This document shows positions 39,044 through 49,099 of a stretch of DNA of 64,000 nt, one piece after another. A program made the position numbers and the translations under genes. Each line of letters begins with the position of its first letter. The stretch's first letter is position 1. This stretch comes from an uncultured delta proteobacterium (GTDB taxonomy: Bacteria > Desulfobacterota > Desulfomonilia > Desulfomonilales > Desulfomonilaceae), in the NCBI GenBank assembly GCA_963789265.1, contig CAWBKB010000004.1, positions 256,001-320,000 of the forward strand, given 5' to 3'. Under the pieces are notes generated by a model, which made no database searches, was not told the DNA's origin, and saw only the letters and a program-made list of their open reading frames with translations.

Positions 39044-39059
39044 CTTGACTTAAGTCAAG
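39044..39059. promoter_or_regulatory. HcpR/Fnr-type box 2 upstream of hcp
   Basis: Perfect palindrome CTTGACTTAAGTCAAG preceded by an A-tract. Confidence 0.85.
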
Positions 39060-39163
39060 GAACGATTTCATCAGGTGATTAACATATCAATTAATGGGGC
39101 AGGGGGACCGGCGCGAATTAACTCAACATCATTTTCTAGGAAGATCATCGCCAGGAGGAAAAG

Positions 39164-40804
39164 ATGGAAGATCAGATGTATTGTTATCAGTGTGAACAGA
39201 CAGCTTTCGGCACAGCATGCAACAAAGTCGGTGTCTGCGGCAAGTCACCGGAAGTGGCGGCACTTCAGGACCTTCTCACGTATGCCCTGAAAGGATTGGC
39301 CCTGTATGCAGTGGAAGGCCGCAAAGTAGGTGTAACGGACCGTGAGGTCAATGTCTTCACGGTGGAGGCGCTCTTTTCGACCCTGACCAATGTCGATTTC
39401 GATGCAGCACGGTTTGTGCCGCTGATCCAACGTGCGGTAGCCCTGCGAGAGAGCCTGAAAGAGAAGGTCAAGGCAGCGGGGGGCAAGGTGGATTTTTCCG
39501 AGGACGTGGCAAAATTTACCCCCGCTGATTCGATGAACGGGATGTTAAAGCAGGCAGAGGGAGTTGGTTTCAGGCCCACTACCCTACTTGATCCAGACAT
39601 ACGCTCCCTTCAGCATACACTGATTCTCGGCCTGAGAGGAGTCGCTGCTTATGCGGACCATGCGCAGATCCTCGGCCAGGAGGATGACGCCGTGTACGCG
39701 TTTATCCATGAGGGGCTTGCAGCCACACTCAACGGCAAGCTCACGCTCAACGATTGGATAGGGCTGGTTCTTAAATGCGGAGAAATCAACCTCAGAACCA
39801 TGGAACTGCTCGACGCGGCCAACACCGGAACTTATGGCCATCCCGTCCCCACAAAAGTCCCTCTGGGTGCCAAGAAAGGGAAAGCGATCCTCGTATCCGG
39901 ACACGACCTGAAGGACCTGGAAGAGTTACTCAAGCAGACTGAGGGCAAGGGAATCAACGTGTACACCCACGGTGAAATGTTGCCCACTCACGGCTATCCC
40001 GAGCTCAAAAAATATTCCCATTTCTACGGGCATTACGGGACAGCGTGGCAGAACCAGCGCAAGGAATTTGCCGAATTCCCGGGCGCGATCTTGATGACCA
40101 CCAACTGCATTCAAAGGCCCAAAGAAAGCTACATGGACAACATCTTTACCACCGGCCTCGTAGGGTGGCCGGGCGCGAAGCACATTCCGACCCAAAACTT
40201 CGCTCCGGTAATAGAGAAGGCCCTTGAAATGTCGGGTTTCACCGAGGACATCAACGGAAAGGCCGTTATGTGCGGGTTCGGCAGAAACGCGGTCATGTCG
40301 GTAGCCGGGCAGGTTATCGACGCGGTGAAGAACGGGGCCATCCGGCATTTCTTCCTGGTTGCAGGATGTGACGGAGCCAAGCCTGGCCGCAATTACTACA
40401 CCGAGTTCGTGGAGAAGGTGCCCGAAGACTGCGTCGTCTTGACGCTCGCCTGCGGAAAGTTCCGGTTCTTCGATAAGGATCTTGGGGACATAGGAGGTAT
40501 CCCGAGGCTCCTGGATGTAGGTCAGTGCAACGACGCATATTCCGCCATCCAGATAGCGATTGCGCTTTCCAAAGCCTTCAACGTAAGCGTGAACGAACTT
40601 CCACTTTCTCTCGTGCTCTCATGGTACGAGCAGAAAGCAGTGGCCATTCTGCTGACTCTCCTGCACCTCGGGATCAAGGGGATTCGTCTTGGCCCCAGCC
40701 TGCCGGCGTTTATCACTCCCAATGTACTGGACGTGCTGGTGAAGAACTTCGATATAAAGCCCATCACCACACCGGATGAGGACTTGAAGGCCATTCTGGG
40801 ATAA
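39164..40804 (+). CDS. hcp: Hybrid cluster protein (hydroxylamine/NO reductase)
   Basis: MYCYQCEQT...C...GVCGK, SGHDL, THGEMLP, GCDG, GQCNDAYS, SWYEQKA. Confidence 0.97.
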   Translation: MEDQMYCYQCEQTAFGTACNKVGVCGKSPEVAALQDLLTYALKGLALYAVEGRKVGVTDREVNVFTVEALFSTLTNVDFDAARFVPLIQRAVALRESLKEKVKAAGGKVDFSEDVAKFTPADSMNGMLKQAEGVGFRPTTLLDPDIRSLQHTLILGLRGVAAYADHAQILGQEDDAVYAFIHEGLAATLNGKLTLNDWIGLVLKCGEINLRTMELLDAANTGTYGHPVPTKVPLGAKKGKAILVSGHDLKDLEELLKQTEGKGINVYTHGEMLPTHGYPELKKYSHFYGHYGTAWQNQRKEFAEFPGAILMTTNCIQRPKESYMDNIFTTGLVGWPGAKHIPTQNFAPVIEKALEMSGFTEDINGKAVMCGFGRNAVMSVAGQVIDAVKNGAIRHFFLVAGCDGAKPGRNYYTEFVEKVPEDCVVLTLACGKFRFFDKDLGDIGGIPRLLDVGQCNDAYSAIQIAIALSKAFNVSVNELPLSLVLSWYEQKAVAILLTLLHLGIKGIRLGPSLPAFITPNVLDVLVKNFDIKPITTPDEDLKAILG

Positions 40805-40875
40805 ATTACATGGGGCGGGTCACACCGCCCCTTTCCAACCATTGCGATTCGGGCTGATGGAAAGAGAGATTAACA

Positions 40876-41637
40876 ATGAAATGCCCGGGACAAGACCCAC
40901 GCTACTGGAAATTTGATGCCATATTTGAAACCGAGTGTCCCAACTGCGGTGCCGCGGTTGAATTTTTCAAAGACGAAACGAGGCGCAAATGCAGGAAGTG
41001 CGGGCATAAGGTGCTTAATCCAAAGATGGACTTCGGTTGTGCAGCCCACTGCAAATTCGCGGAACATTGCTTTGGAGACCTCCCACCCGAGCTGTTGAAG
41101 CAGAAAGAGGACCTCTTCAAAGACCGGGTTGCGGTGGCGATGAAGCTTTATTTCAAGCAGGATTTCAAACGAATCGGCCATGCCGGCAGAGTCGCCCGTT
41201 ATGCGGAAAGGCTGGTCCAAGAGGAAAAGGGCGATCCAGCGATTGTTCTTGCCGCGGCCTATTTGCACGACATCGGCATCAAGAAGGCCGAGGAAAAACA
41301 TGGCAGTACAGAGTCACGTTATCAGGAGGAAGAAGGGCCGCAAGTCGCACGTGAGATCCTGACGAACCTGGACGCCACGGAAGCACTGATCGACGAAGTT
41401 TGCGACATCGTCGGCCACCACCACCATCCCCGGCCTCAAGAGACTGTCAACTTTAAGATAGTTTACGACGCTGATGTGCTGACGAATATTGAGGAAAAGC
41501 AAAAAAAGGTCCCAATGGCGGCTGAAAAGCTGGCAGAGCTTATCGATTCAAAATTCCTAACTGGATGTGGCCGCGAACTGGCACGCAGCGTTCTGCTCAA
41601 TGGGGCGAACGCAAAAAATGCGGTTTGGGGATACTGA
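40876..41637 (+). CDS. HD-domain protein with Cys-rich N-terminus
   Basis: MKCPGQD, CPNCG, CRKCG, GCAAHC, YLHDIG, HHH, DAD. Confidence 0.85.
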   Translation: MKCPGQDPRYWKFDAIFETECPNCGAAVEFFKDETRRKCRKCGHKVLNPKMDFGCAAHCKFAEHCFGDLPPELLKQKEDLFKDRVAVAMKLYFKQDFKRIGHAGRVARYAERLVQEEKGDPAIVLAAAYLHDIGIKKAEEKHGSTESRYQEEEGPQVAREILTNLDATEALIDEVCDIVGHHHHPRPQETVNFKIVYDADVLTNIEEKQKKVPMAAEKLAELIDSKFLTGCGRELARSVLLNGANAKNAVWGY

Positions 41638-41972
41638 TTTTGTGAAGATAGTGCTCGTGATAGGCATTAGCGAGGCTGATAAAGACTGACTTTTCGCTAA
41701 TCCCGGACAGTGAGAGAGGATCTACAACCCTCTCTGTTGGTAGGACCGGCATCTTGCCCGTTATTCGTCCCCCCAGACTGCGATTCGGGGATCGTAGGGG
41801 CGACCGGCGGTCGCCCACAGGGCGAATGCCATTCGCCCCTACAATTGCCCGCTTACGCGAGCACGATGACCGGCAATCCCGCCCGGGCGAGACTGTCGCA
41901 CCGCGACTCCAAATGCGACAACGTACTAACGAAACCAAGTACTAAGACAGACGGTTCCAGGAGATTACGGAG

Positions 41973-42728
41973 ATGAAAACGAAACGCAAGATTATCCAAA
42001 TAAACAAGGATCTTTGTGACGGCTGCGGCCAGTGCATCATTTCGTGCGCGGAAGGGGCTTTAGAACTGGTGGACGGAAAGGTGAGCCTCGTGTCGGAGAA
42101 GTACTGTGACGGCCTCGGCGCGTGTTTGGGCGAATGTCCCACAGGAGCACTTCAAGTCATTGAACGACAGGCTGAAGATTTTGACGAGGAAGCGGTGGAG
42201 GAGTACTTGAAGGCAGGGAAAGAAGTCGAAGAACCGGCCGCTCTGACGTTGGCGTGCGGTTGTCCGTCCGCGACAGTCCAAAACTTTGCGCAGGCTGCTT
42301 CCTGTCAACAGGCCAACGAACCTGTATCGCAGGTGAACGCTGCTTCAGCTTTATCACATTGGCCGGTGCAGATAAGGCTTGTACCGCCGTCTGCTCCGTT
42401 CCTAAAGAATGCAGATCTCCTTGTGGCAGCAGACTGTACACCTGTGGCTTATCCGAACTTTCACCGTGATTTCCTGAAGGGTAGGGCGGTGATGGTCGGC
42501 TGTCCCAAGTTCGACGATGTTCAGGGTTACATAGATAAGTTTGCGCAAATCTTCAGCAACACGTCCATAAAGAGCATAACTGTGGTTGTCATGGAGGTCC
42601 CTTGCTGCTCCGGCTTGCCCGTGATTGTTAAAAGGGCAATGCAGTTAGCTGGGAAGAGCGTTCCAATGGACCAGGTCGTCATCAGCTCCAGAGGGGAAAT
42701 CCTGAAAAGAGAAAAATTGGTTGCGTGA
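41973..42728 (+). CDS. 4Fe-4S ferredoxin-domain protein (hcp-associated)
   Basis: CDGCGQCIISC, CDGLGACLGECP, CGCP, HWPVQ, ADC, GCPKFD, MEVPCC. Confidence 0.88.
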   Translation: MKTKRKIIQINKDLCDGCGQCIISCAEGALELVDGKVSLVSEKYCDGLGACLGECPTGALQVIERQAEDFDEEAVEEYLKAGKEVEEPAALTLACGCPSATVQNFAQAASCQQANEPVSQVNAASALSHWPVQIRLVPPSAPFLKNADLLVAADCTPVAYPNFHRDFLKGRAVMVGCPKFDDVQGYIDKFAQIFSNTSIKSITVVVMEVPCCSGLPVIVKRAMQLAGKSVPMDQVVISSRGEILKREKLVA

Positions 42729-42817
42729 TGCAGCGGTTCTGGAGACATTCAGAGCAGGTGAATTTGTGAGCACAAATTGTTTGATTTTGAGACGTCGCTC
42801 TGGGAAGGAGCAAGCAA

Positions 42818-43372
42818 ATGAAAGCAACAGAGCAACTGAGGAATGAGCACGAAGGAATAAAGTTGATGATGCGCATACTGGAGAAGCTCTCCGAGAAGCT
42901 CGAAGCCGGCGAGGATGTTGAAGCGGACCATCTAGAAAAGATAGTAGAGTTCTTCAGAATTTTTGCAGACAGGTGCCATCACGGTAAAGAGGAAGACATC
43001 CTGTTTCCCGCGATGGAAGCGGCGGGCATCCCAAAGGAAGGCGGCCCTATCGGAGTAATGCTTCTGGAGCACGATCAGGGTCGAGGTTATGTAAAGGGCA
43101 TGGCCGATGCGACTGCCAAATACAAGGCCGGCGACCGAAAAGCCGCCCCGGTTATTGCATCCAATGCCCGAAACTATATTGCCTTATTGACCCAACATAT
43201 CGAAAAGGAAAACCAGGTCCTGTTCCCAATGGCCGATTCTCATCTACCTGCGGAACAACAGGACTCAATATTTGAAGCATTCGAGAAAATAGAAGTGGAG
43301 AAGATCGGAGTGGGCAAGCACGAGGAATTCCATCATCTGCTCGATAACTTGACGGCAGTCTATTTGAAGTAA
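42818..43372 (+). CDS. Hemerythrin/HHE domain protein
   Basis: EH, HHGKEEDILFP, MLLEHDQGR, HIEKENQVLFP. Confidence 0.9.
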   Translation: MKATEQLRNEHEGIKLMMRILEKLSEKLEAGEDVEADHLEKIVEFFRIFADRCHHGKEEDILFPAMEAAGIPKEGGPIGVMLLEHDQGRGYVKGMADATAKYKAGDRKAAPVIASNARNYIALLTQHIEKENQVLFPMADSHLPAEQQDSIFEAFEKIEVEKIGVGKHEEFHHLLDNLTAVYLK

Positions 43373-43567
43373 TCGCTACATTGGCTGGATTCGGCACGGA
43401 TCTGACCGAGCCCACGTGAGATGCGAGATGACATCCAGAACCCGATGTTGACCTTATGCTGAGTGCAACTGCCCTGAGACTAATCCCGGACACCAAGGTA
43501 CTTGTGAGGCTGGCTAGACTTCAGTACAATAGGTGTATGACAAAGGCTAGATCGATGGGAGCAATGT

Positions 43568-43774
43568 ATGGAAACTGTAACTGTTTCTCCAAAATTCCAA
43601 GTTGTGATCCCCAAGAAAGTACGGGACGTCCTCGGCCTCCAAGTGGGGCATAAAGTCCGGGTGATGGTCTTCGACAACCGCATCGAGTTAATTCCAATCA
43701 GACCTATGCAGGATGCTCGCGGCTTTCTGAAAGGCATTGACACGAGCATCAAACGGGAGCCGGATCGCTTATGA
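43568..43774 (+). CDS. vapB: AbrB/MazE-type antitoxin
   Basis: VSPKFQVVIPKKVR; its stop overlaps the start of the PIN gene (ATGA). Confidence 0.85.
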   Translation: METVTVSPKFQVVIPKKVRDVLGLQVGHKVRVMVFDNRIELIPIRPMQDARGFLKGIDTSIKREPDRL

Positions 43775-44157
43775 ACGTCGTTGATTCATCGGGCTGGCTG
43801 GAATACTTTGCGGACGGGTTGAATGCTGATTTCTTTGCTCCAGCTATCGAGAATGCCGCGGAATTGATTGTTCCTACCATAAGCATATATCAAGTGTTTA
43901 AGCGCGTCAGGCAGCAGCGAAGTGAAAACGAGGCGTTGCAGGCCGCTGTGACAATGCAGGCAGGAATTGTTGTCGATCTGGACGTTATGTTGGCGCTAGA
44001 GGCAGCGAAGCTATCTTGGCAATTGAAGCTGCCAATGGCGGATAGCATCATTTTGGCGACAGCCCAGATATATAAAGCTGATTTGTGGACGCAAGACATT
44101 GATTTCAAAGAAATCGCAGGCGTAAGATACATTGAAAGAATCAGTAGGCCTGGATAA
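43771..44157 (+). CDS. vapC: PIN-domain toxin
   Basis: VVDSSGWLEY, ADSIILATA, LWTQD.DF. Confidence 0.88.
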   Translation: MNVVDSSGWLEYFADGLNADFFAPAIENAAELIVPTISIYQVFKRVRQQRSENEALQAAVTMQAGIVVDLDVMLALEAAKLSWQLKLPMADSIILATAQIYKADLWTQDIDFKEIAGVRYIERISRPG

Positions 44158-44190
44158 TTGATGACCGTGCTCAGTTCATAAAACTGGCCA

Positions 44191-45294
44191 CTAATGCGCA
44201 CGCGAGTGGATGGGCATTGGTGGCGCATTCGCATCGTTTCGACCCTCATCAATTTCACGAGGCTGGAGTATGCTCGCCAGGTTGGTAACATTTTTAACGT
44301 CTGCTGCCTTGGCAAATGTGTCGTCCACCAACCCTTGAATATCATTGTGATCCAGGAGCTTGAACCTAACCATCTGGTCCGCCAGAAACTGCATCTCGTC
44401 TGCTTTGGGAACAAATTTATCGTATACTATTCTGTTTGGCGGAGTCTTCAGAGCATATTCCACAAGATCGACCGGCTGGTTCCAATATTTGGAAGCTATG
44501 TTTGCGGCCTCCTCGGGATGGCTTTTGGCCCAGTAGCCCGACCTCGCTGCACCTTGAACCAGCATTTCGACCCGCTCGGGATATTTTTTCGCGTAATGTT
44601 GTTTTACCAGGAGAACATTGCAGATGAACCCGGGCCAAACCTGTTCGACGTAATACAGCACCTTCGATTCTCCCGTACGTATTGTTTTGGCGGCAAAAGG
44701 CTCGCCCACAAAATACGCGTCCAACGAACCGGAAGCCAGTGCCGCGGGCATGTCCGGAGGATTCATTTCCACAATGTTGAGATCTTGTCCCGTAATGCTG
44801 TATTTTTTCGCCAACATTCGGGCACACACGTTGTGACCCGAGTAACGTTGAGGCACTGCAATTGATTTGCCGGCCAGATCTGCAAAGGAATTGATCTTTA
44901 GATCTTTCCTGTAGACCAGGGTGCTCTCGTGACGATTGCCGATGTATACTACCTTCACTGCGACACCCTGCTGGTGCAGCACAATAGAGAGTGGAGCAAT
45001 TATAAACGCGGCCTGTATATAATCGTTGCGAAGCGCTTCGCCCATGTCGGCAAAGGATGAAAATTTCAACGCCTCGAATCGAAGTCCCTTACTGTCCTTG
45101 CTCACATAGTCGAGAATCGGAGCCGCCAGATTGGTGATAACGGGCATGTACCCCATGCGGAGCACCTGCGCCGGATCGCTCTCATAGTTCAAAGTGTAGT
45201 GGAAATAGGAGATCAGTACGAGCCATCCAAAAGCGATCAAGCCGATCTTCCATCCGGTCGGCATGCAAACCGCGGGACCCAAGCTAAAGCGCAT
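44191..45294 (-). CDS. NitT/TauT family ABC substrate-binding protein
   Basis: GYMPV, MNPPDMPAALASGSLDAYFVGEPF. Confidence 0.85.
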   Translation of the reverse strand: MRFSLGPAVCMPTGWKIGLIAFGWLVLISYFHYTLNYESDPAQVLRMGYMPVITNLAAPILDYVSKDSKGLRFEALKFSSFADMGEALRNDYIQAAFIIAPLSIVLHQQGVAVKVVYIGNRHESTLVYRKDLKINSFADLAGKSIAVPQRYSGHNVCARMLAKKYSITGQDLNIVEMNPPDMPAALASGSLDAYFVGEPFAAKTIRTGESKVLYYVEQVWPGFICNVLLVKQHYAKKYPERVEMLVQGAARSGYWAKSHPEEAANIASKYWNQPVDLVEYALKTPPNRIVYDKFVPKADEMQFLADQMVRFKLLDHNDIQGLVDDTFAKAADVKNVTNLASILQPREIDEGRNDANAPPMPIHSRAH

Positions 45295-46084
45295 AGTGGA
45301 CTCCCAGCTCCTGGTAGACTTCTCGCCGAAGGTCCTCTAACTGAGAATCACATACAAAATCACGCGGATGAGGAGATTCCAACTTGGTGTCGAGCTTGAC
45401 CCTCGCCGGACGATCCGTGAAAAGGACCACGCGATCGGCCATTATAAGCGCTTCCTCTATATCGTGGGTTATGAAGATGATCGTCTTGCCGATCAGTTGG
45501 TGCATATTGATTACTTCCTCCCGCATCTTGAGGCGAGTAAGGAAGTCCAGCCCGGCAAACGGCTCGTCCATAAACAGGACTTCGGGATTGACGACGAGCG
45601 CCCGCGCAAGTTCCGCGCGACGCTGCATGCCTCCAGACAACTGATGCGGATAGTGATCTTCAAAGCCGGTGAGATTCACCGCATCTATATATTCCTGAAC
45701 CAACTCGGTCATCTTGCCGTTGTCTTTGACGTGGCGCAGGCCCAAGCCGACGTTCTCTCGTACAGTCATCCAGGGGAAAAGGCTATTGTGTTGGAATACG
45801 AAAATATTATCCGAGCTGGGCCCGACCACTTCCTTTCCGTCAATCAGGACGGACCCTGAAGTTAGTTTCTCAAAGCCGGCAATAATGTTCGCCAATGTGG
45901 ATTTACCGCAACCTGAAGGGCCCAGGACGCAGACTAGTTCGCCGTCCTGAAATTCCAAATTGATGTTGTCGAGCACCTGTAGCGGTTCGCATCCAAGCAT
46001 GTCCCGGTTCGATTTCCGCAAACGCCGCGCGTAGCGACTTTCTACAAAATGCTTACAAAGATCTTTGATACGCACATGTCCCAT
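45284..46084 (-). CDS. NitT/TauT ABC ATP-binding protein
   Basis: GPSGCGKST, LSGGMQRR, MDEPF, ITHD. Confidence 0.93.
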   Translation of the reverse strand: MGHVRIKDLCKHFVESRYARRLRKSNRDMLGCEPLQVLDNINLEFQDGELVCVLGPSGCGKSTLANIIAGFEKLTSGSVLIDGKEVVGPSSDNIFVFQHNSLFPWMTVRENVGLGLRHVKDNGKMTELVQEYIDAVNLTGFEDHYPHQLSGGMQRRAELARALVVNPEVLFMDEPFAGLDFLTRLKMREEVINMHQLIGKTIIFITHDIEEALIMADRVVLFTDRPARVKLDTKLESPHPRDFVCDSQLEDLRREVYQELGVHYAL

Positions 46085-46085
46085 T

Positions 46086-46880
46086 TCAAGTCGAGCCCCA
46101 CGAGACGGATTTGATCCTCTTGAGTTGGCTGATAAGCCTGTCAAGGCAAATGCCGATAATGCCTATGGCTATCATCGCATCCATGACGTAATCCATGCGA
46201 AGTGCATTTCGCGAATCGAGAATCAAGTAGCCCAAGCCCGATTTCACGGCAATCATCTCAGCAGCCACCACGACGAGCCAAGCAATGCCCAGGCTTATAC
46301 GAAGCGCAGGCAGGATGGAGGGAAGTATAGCGGGAAAGATTAGTTTTGTCCCCATTTCGAGCTTTGTGAAATTAAAGTTTGCCGCGACTTGAAAGTAGAT
46401 AGGGTTGATTCGGTTGACTGCTGTGATGGTAGAGATCAGCAGTGGAAAGAAGCTTGATAAGAAAATAAGAAATATTGCAGGCTTGTCACCTATCCCAAAC
46501 CACAGCATGGCCAGCGGGATCCACGCGAGGGGCGAAATCGGCCTCAGGAACTCAATCATCGAATTGAAAAGAACTTGCCCGCTTTCCCACCAACCCAGAA
46601 TTATGCCAAGGGGGATTGCAACAATTACCGCCAAATAGAATCCCACGGTCACTCGAAAGAGACTGGCCACCGAGTGCTTCAGAAGAGTCCCGTTCAGAAT
46701 AAGGTCCCACATGCCCCATGCCGCCCCGCGAGGCCCGGGAAAAACCGCGGGGCTCCAGCCGCTGTACAGCGCCAGCAGTTCCCAGACGGCCCCTACGGCG
46801 ACGAATACCAGGAGAGGGAGGAAGAATCGCCTTAGTCGGTCATAGTGCATGTCTTGTCCCGGTAGAGCCTGGGTAGGCAT
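46086..46880 (-). CDS. NitT/TauT ABC permease
   Basis: RPISPLAWIPL, VVAAEMI, GLGYLI; the start may be 46850. Confidence 0.92.
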   Translation of the reverse strand: MPTQALPGQDMHYDRLRRFFLPLLVFVAVGAVWELLALYSGWSPAVFPGPRGAAWGMWDLILNGTLLKHSVASLFRVTVGFYLAVIVAIPLGIILGWWESGQVLFNSMIEFLRPISPLAWIPLAMLWFGIGDKPAIFLIFLSSFFPLLISTITAVNRINPIYFQVAANFNFTKLEMGTKLIFPAILPSILPALRISLGIAWLVVVAAEMIAVKSGLGYLILDSRNALRMDYVMDAMIAIGIIGICLDRLISQLKRIKSVSWGST

Positions 46881-46920
46881 GATGGGTTTTTGGGACGGAT
46901 AAGAAACAGCAAGTTGTTCT

Positions 46921-47310
46921 TAAACGTTCACGCACGGTTGGCGAGGCACTGTCATTGCGTCCGGCTTCTAGCGGGATGAAGCAATCCCTTCTTCGGTTGG
47001 ACAGGCATCTTGCCCGTCATTTAGCGACAGGCAGGATGCCTGTCCAACCAAGATCCTAAGCTGGACTCCGGACTTGGGATCGTAAGTGACGGCTTCATCT
47101 TCGCAAATCAAACAAGAATTTCGACAATTATTGTAGCAGCTTTCCTGTGAACAGGAAACGGCGAGTTCTGTTTAAACGTTCAAGTGCGGATGGCGAGAGA
47201 TTGTCATTGCGACTCCGGCCTCCAGTGGGACGAAGAAATCTCTTCTTCGGTGGGACGGGCATCTTGCCCGTCATTAAGCGACAGGCAGGATGCCTGTTCC
47301 ACCAAGATCT
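46921..47310. repeat. Two diverged direct copies (~136-138 bp) of a composite REP-like unit
   Basis: 46921-47056 and 47173-47310 share TAAACGTTCA...GTCATTGCG...CTTCTTCGGT.GGAC.GGCATCTTGCCCGTCATT.AGCGACAGGCAGGATGCCTGT...ACCAAGATC. Confidence 0.8.
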
Positions 47311-47333
47311 CAAGCTCATAATGCACCCAGCAA

Positions 47334-49085
47334 TCACCCCTCGGAGAACCCAAGGGACTTCATATAGTGTTTCAGGGAGTATCGCGATATGCCCAAAAGG
47401 CGAGCAGCGCCGGTTCTGCTGCCGCCAGACTTGTGTAGGGCCTGGTTTACCAGAAACCGTTTTACTTCCTGGGTAATTTCATTCAGAGAGTCATCGCATG
47501 GAAAACAGACAGTGAAGGCCGACTTGCTGTTGCCATTGTTGGCCTCCTCCCGCGGACGTAGCCCTATGTCTGCAACATCGAGGTCTTTCCCTTGCGAGAG
47601 TATCAAATCTCTTTCCAGTACATTGCGCAACTCTCTCACATTACCGGGCCAACTGTACTTTTTGAGGGCGTTCATGGCTGCGGGGGTAACCGCGGGTGTC
47701 TGCTGAAGGTGCAGTTCATTCCGAAGTTGGAACAGAATTTCCTGAACCAGGACTGGGATGTCTTCTTGCCTGTCTCGAAGCGGCGGGAGCCTAATGGTCA
47801 TCACGTTGAGCCTGAAGTAAAGGTCCTTTCGAAACCGACTCTCCAGCACTTCTTTCTCCAGGTCCCTGTTGGTGGCTGCAATAAGTCTTGCATTGACTGT
47901 GATCTCCTTTTCGCCGCCCACCCTGGTAAATTTGCGGGTGTCAAGGAACGTCAGCAGCTTTGCCTGCAAAGCGAGGGAAAGTTCGCCAATCTCGTTTAAC
48001 AGCAGGGTGCCGCCTTCTGCCAATTCAAGGAGACCCCGTTTTCGGCTGTGCGCTCCCGTAAAAGCACCCTTCTCATGACCGAAGAGTTCCGATTCCGCAA
48101 GCTGGGGTGCTATTGCAGCACAGTTCACGGAAAGATAGGGGCCGTTGGAGCGATCCGAACGGTTATGAATGTACTGCGAGAGGTAGTCCTTTCCGCTGCC
48201 GCTCTCGCCGGCAATCAAAATGATACTTGCCCTCTTGGCAACCATAGCCGCCTTACTCAGAGTGGATCGCATTGCCTTGGAGGGATAGTTTCCCGCTATT
48301 TCGGGAGAAGGTTCACGCCTCTTCCGGTCAGTGATATCGCGAGATATGCCCAAGATACCCATGATCTCCCCGGACTCGTCTCTTAGCGGAACCCTGGTGT
48401 CGAGGAAGGTCATCGAGACGCCATTAATACTCCTGGTGTTTTCCTCCTCTATTGTCTCTCCGGTCAAGACACGCATCTCTATTTCTCCGATACGATCGGA
48501 ACCGTCGTGGCCGAACAAATTTTCGTACCGGAGCCCAATGATTTCAGATGCAGGACGTCCTACGAGCCGTTCATAGGCTGGGTTCACATCGATATATCTC
48601 AACGACCAATCCTTTAAGAAAATGTAGTCCTCAGCTTTTTCAAAGATCGTTCTGAATCGCCGTTCGCTTTGGCGCAAAGCTTCCTGGGCTCGCTTATGTT
48701 TAAACGACAGATCCCATTCCCGTAGGGCTCGCTCGGCGATGCGAGGCATGGCAGTGAAAGCAGACGGTGACTTCACCACATAGTCTAAGGCACCCGCTTT
48801 CATAGCCTCAACCGCGATCTTTTCGTTCCCGTGGCTGGTCATCAGAATAAAGGGGAAAAGTTCCCTGTCAGACGGCAGAAGATCAATGCCTTTGCCGTCC
48901 GGTAATAGCCAATCGGCTATGACAAGATGAGGGGTAGACTTCTCCAGAGACGCCACTGCCTCTTGGATGCTGGGGACCCACTCCAACTGGACAATGGTGC
49001 AGTTTTTCCGAAACGCACGACGCACTGCTTCTGCATGTGCCTCGTCATCTTCGACCAGCAATATGTTGACGGTTTCCCTCGCCAT
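47334..49085 (-). CDS. sigma54-dependent activator (REC-PAS-AAA+-Fis HTH)
   Basis: Receiver, PAS, GESGSGKD, GAFTGA, ATNRDL, WPGNVREL, HTH; Walker B reads LLLNE. Confidence 0.92.
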   Translation of the reverse strand: MARETVNILLVEDDEAHAEAVRRAFRKNCTIVQLEWVPSIQEAVASLEKSTPHLVIADWLLPDGKGIDLLPSDRELFPFILMTSHGNEKIAVEAMKAGALDYVVKSPSAFTAMPRIAERALREWDLSFKHKRAQEALRQSERRFRTIFEKAEDYIFLKDWSLRYIDVNPAYERLVGRPASEIIGLRYENLFGHDGSDRIGEIEMRVLTGETIEEENTRSINGVSMTFLDTRVPLRDESGEIMGILGISRDITDRKRREPSPEIAGNYPSKAMRSTLSKAAMVAKRASIILIAGESGSGKDYLSQYIHNRSDRSNGPYLSVNCAAIAPQLAESELFGHEKGAFTGAHSRKRGLLELAEGGTLLLNEIGELSLALQAKLLTFLDTRKFTRVGGEKEITVNARLIAATNRDLEKEVLESRFRKDLYFRLNVMTIRLPPLRDRQEDIPVLVQEILFQLRNELHLQQTPAVTPAAMNALKKYSWPGNVRELRNVLERDLILSQGKDLDVADIGLRPREEANNGNSKSAFTVCFPCDDSLNEITQEVKRFLVNQALHKSGGSRTGAARLLGISRYSLKHYMKSLGFSEG

Positions 49086-49099
49086 TTCGGAGCCCCTTT

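Noticed and set aside
44191..45294. Selenocysteine in the ABC substrate-binding protein
   Set aside because: The frame is uninterrupted and has no in-frame TGA.
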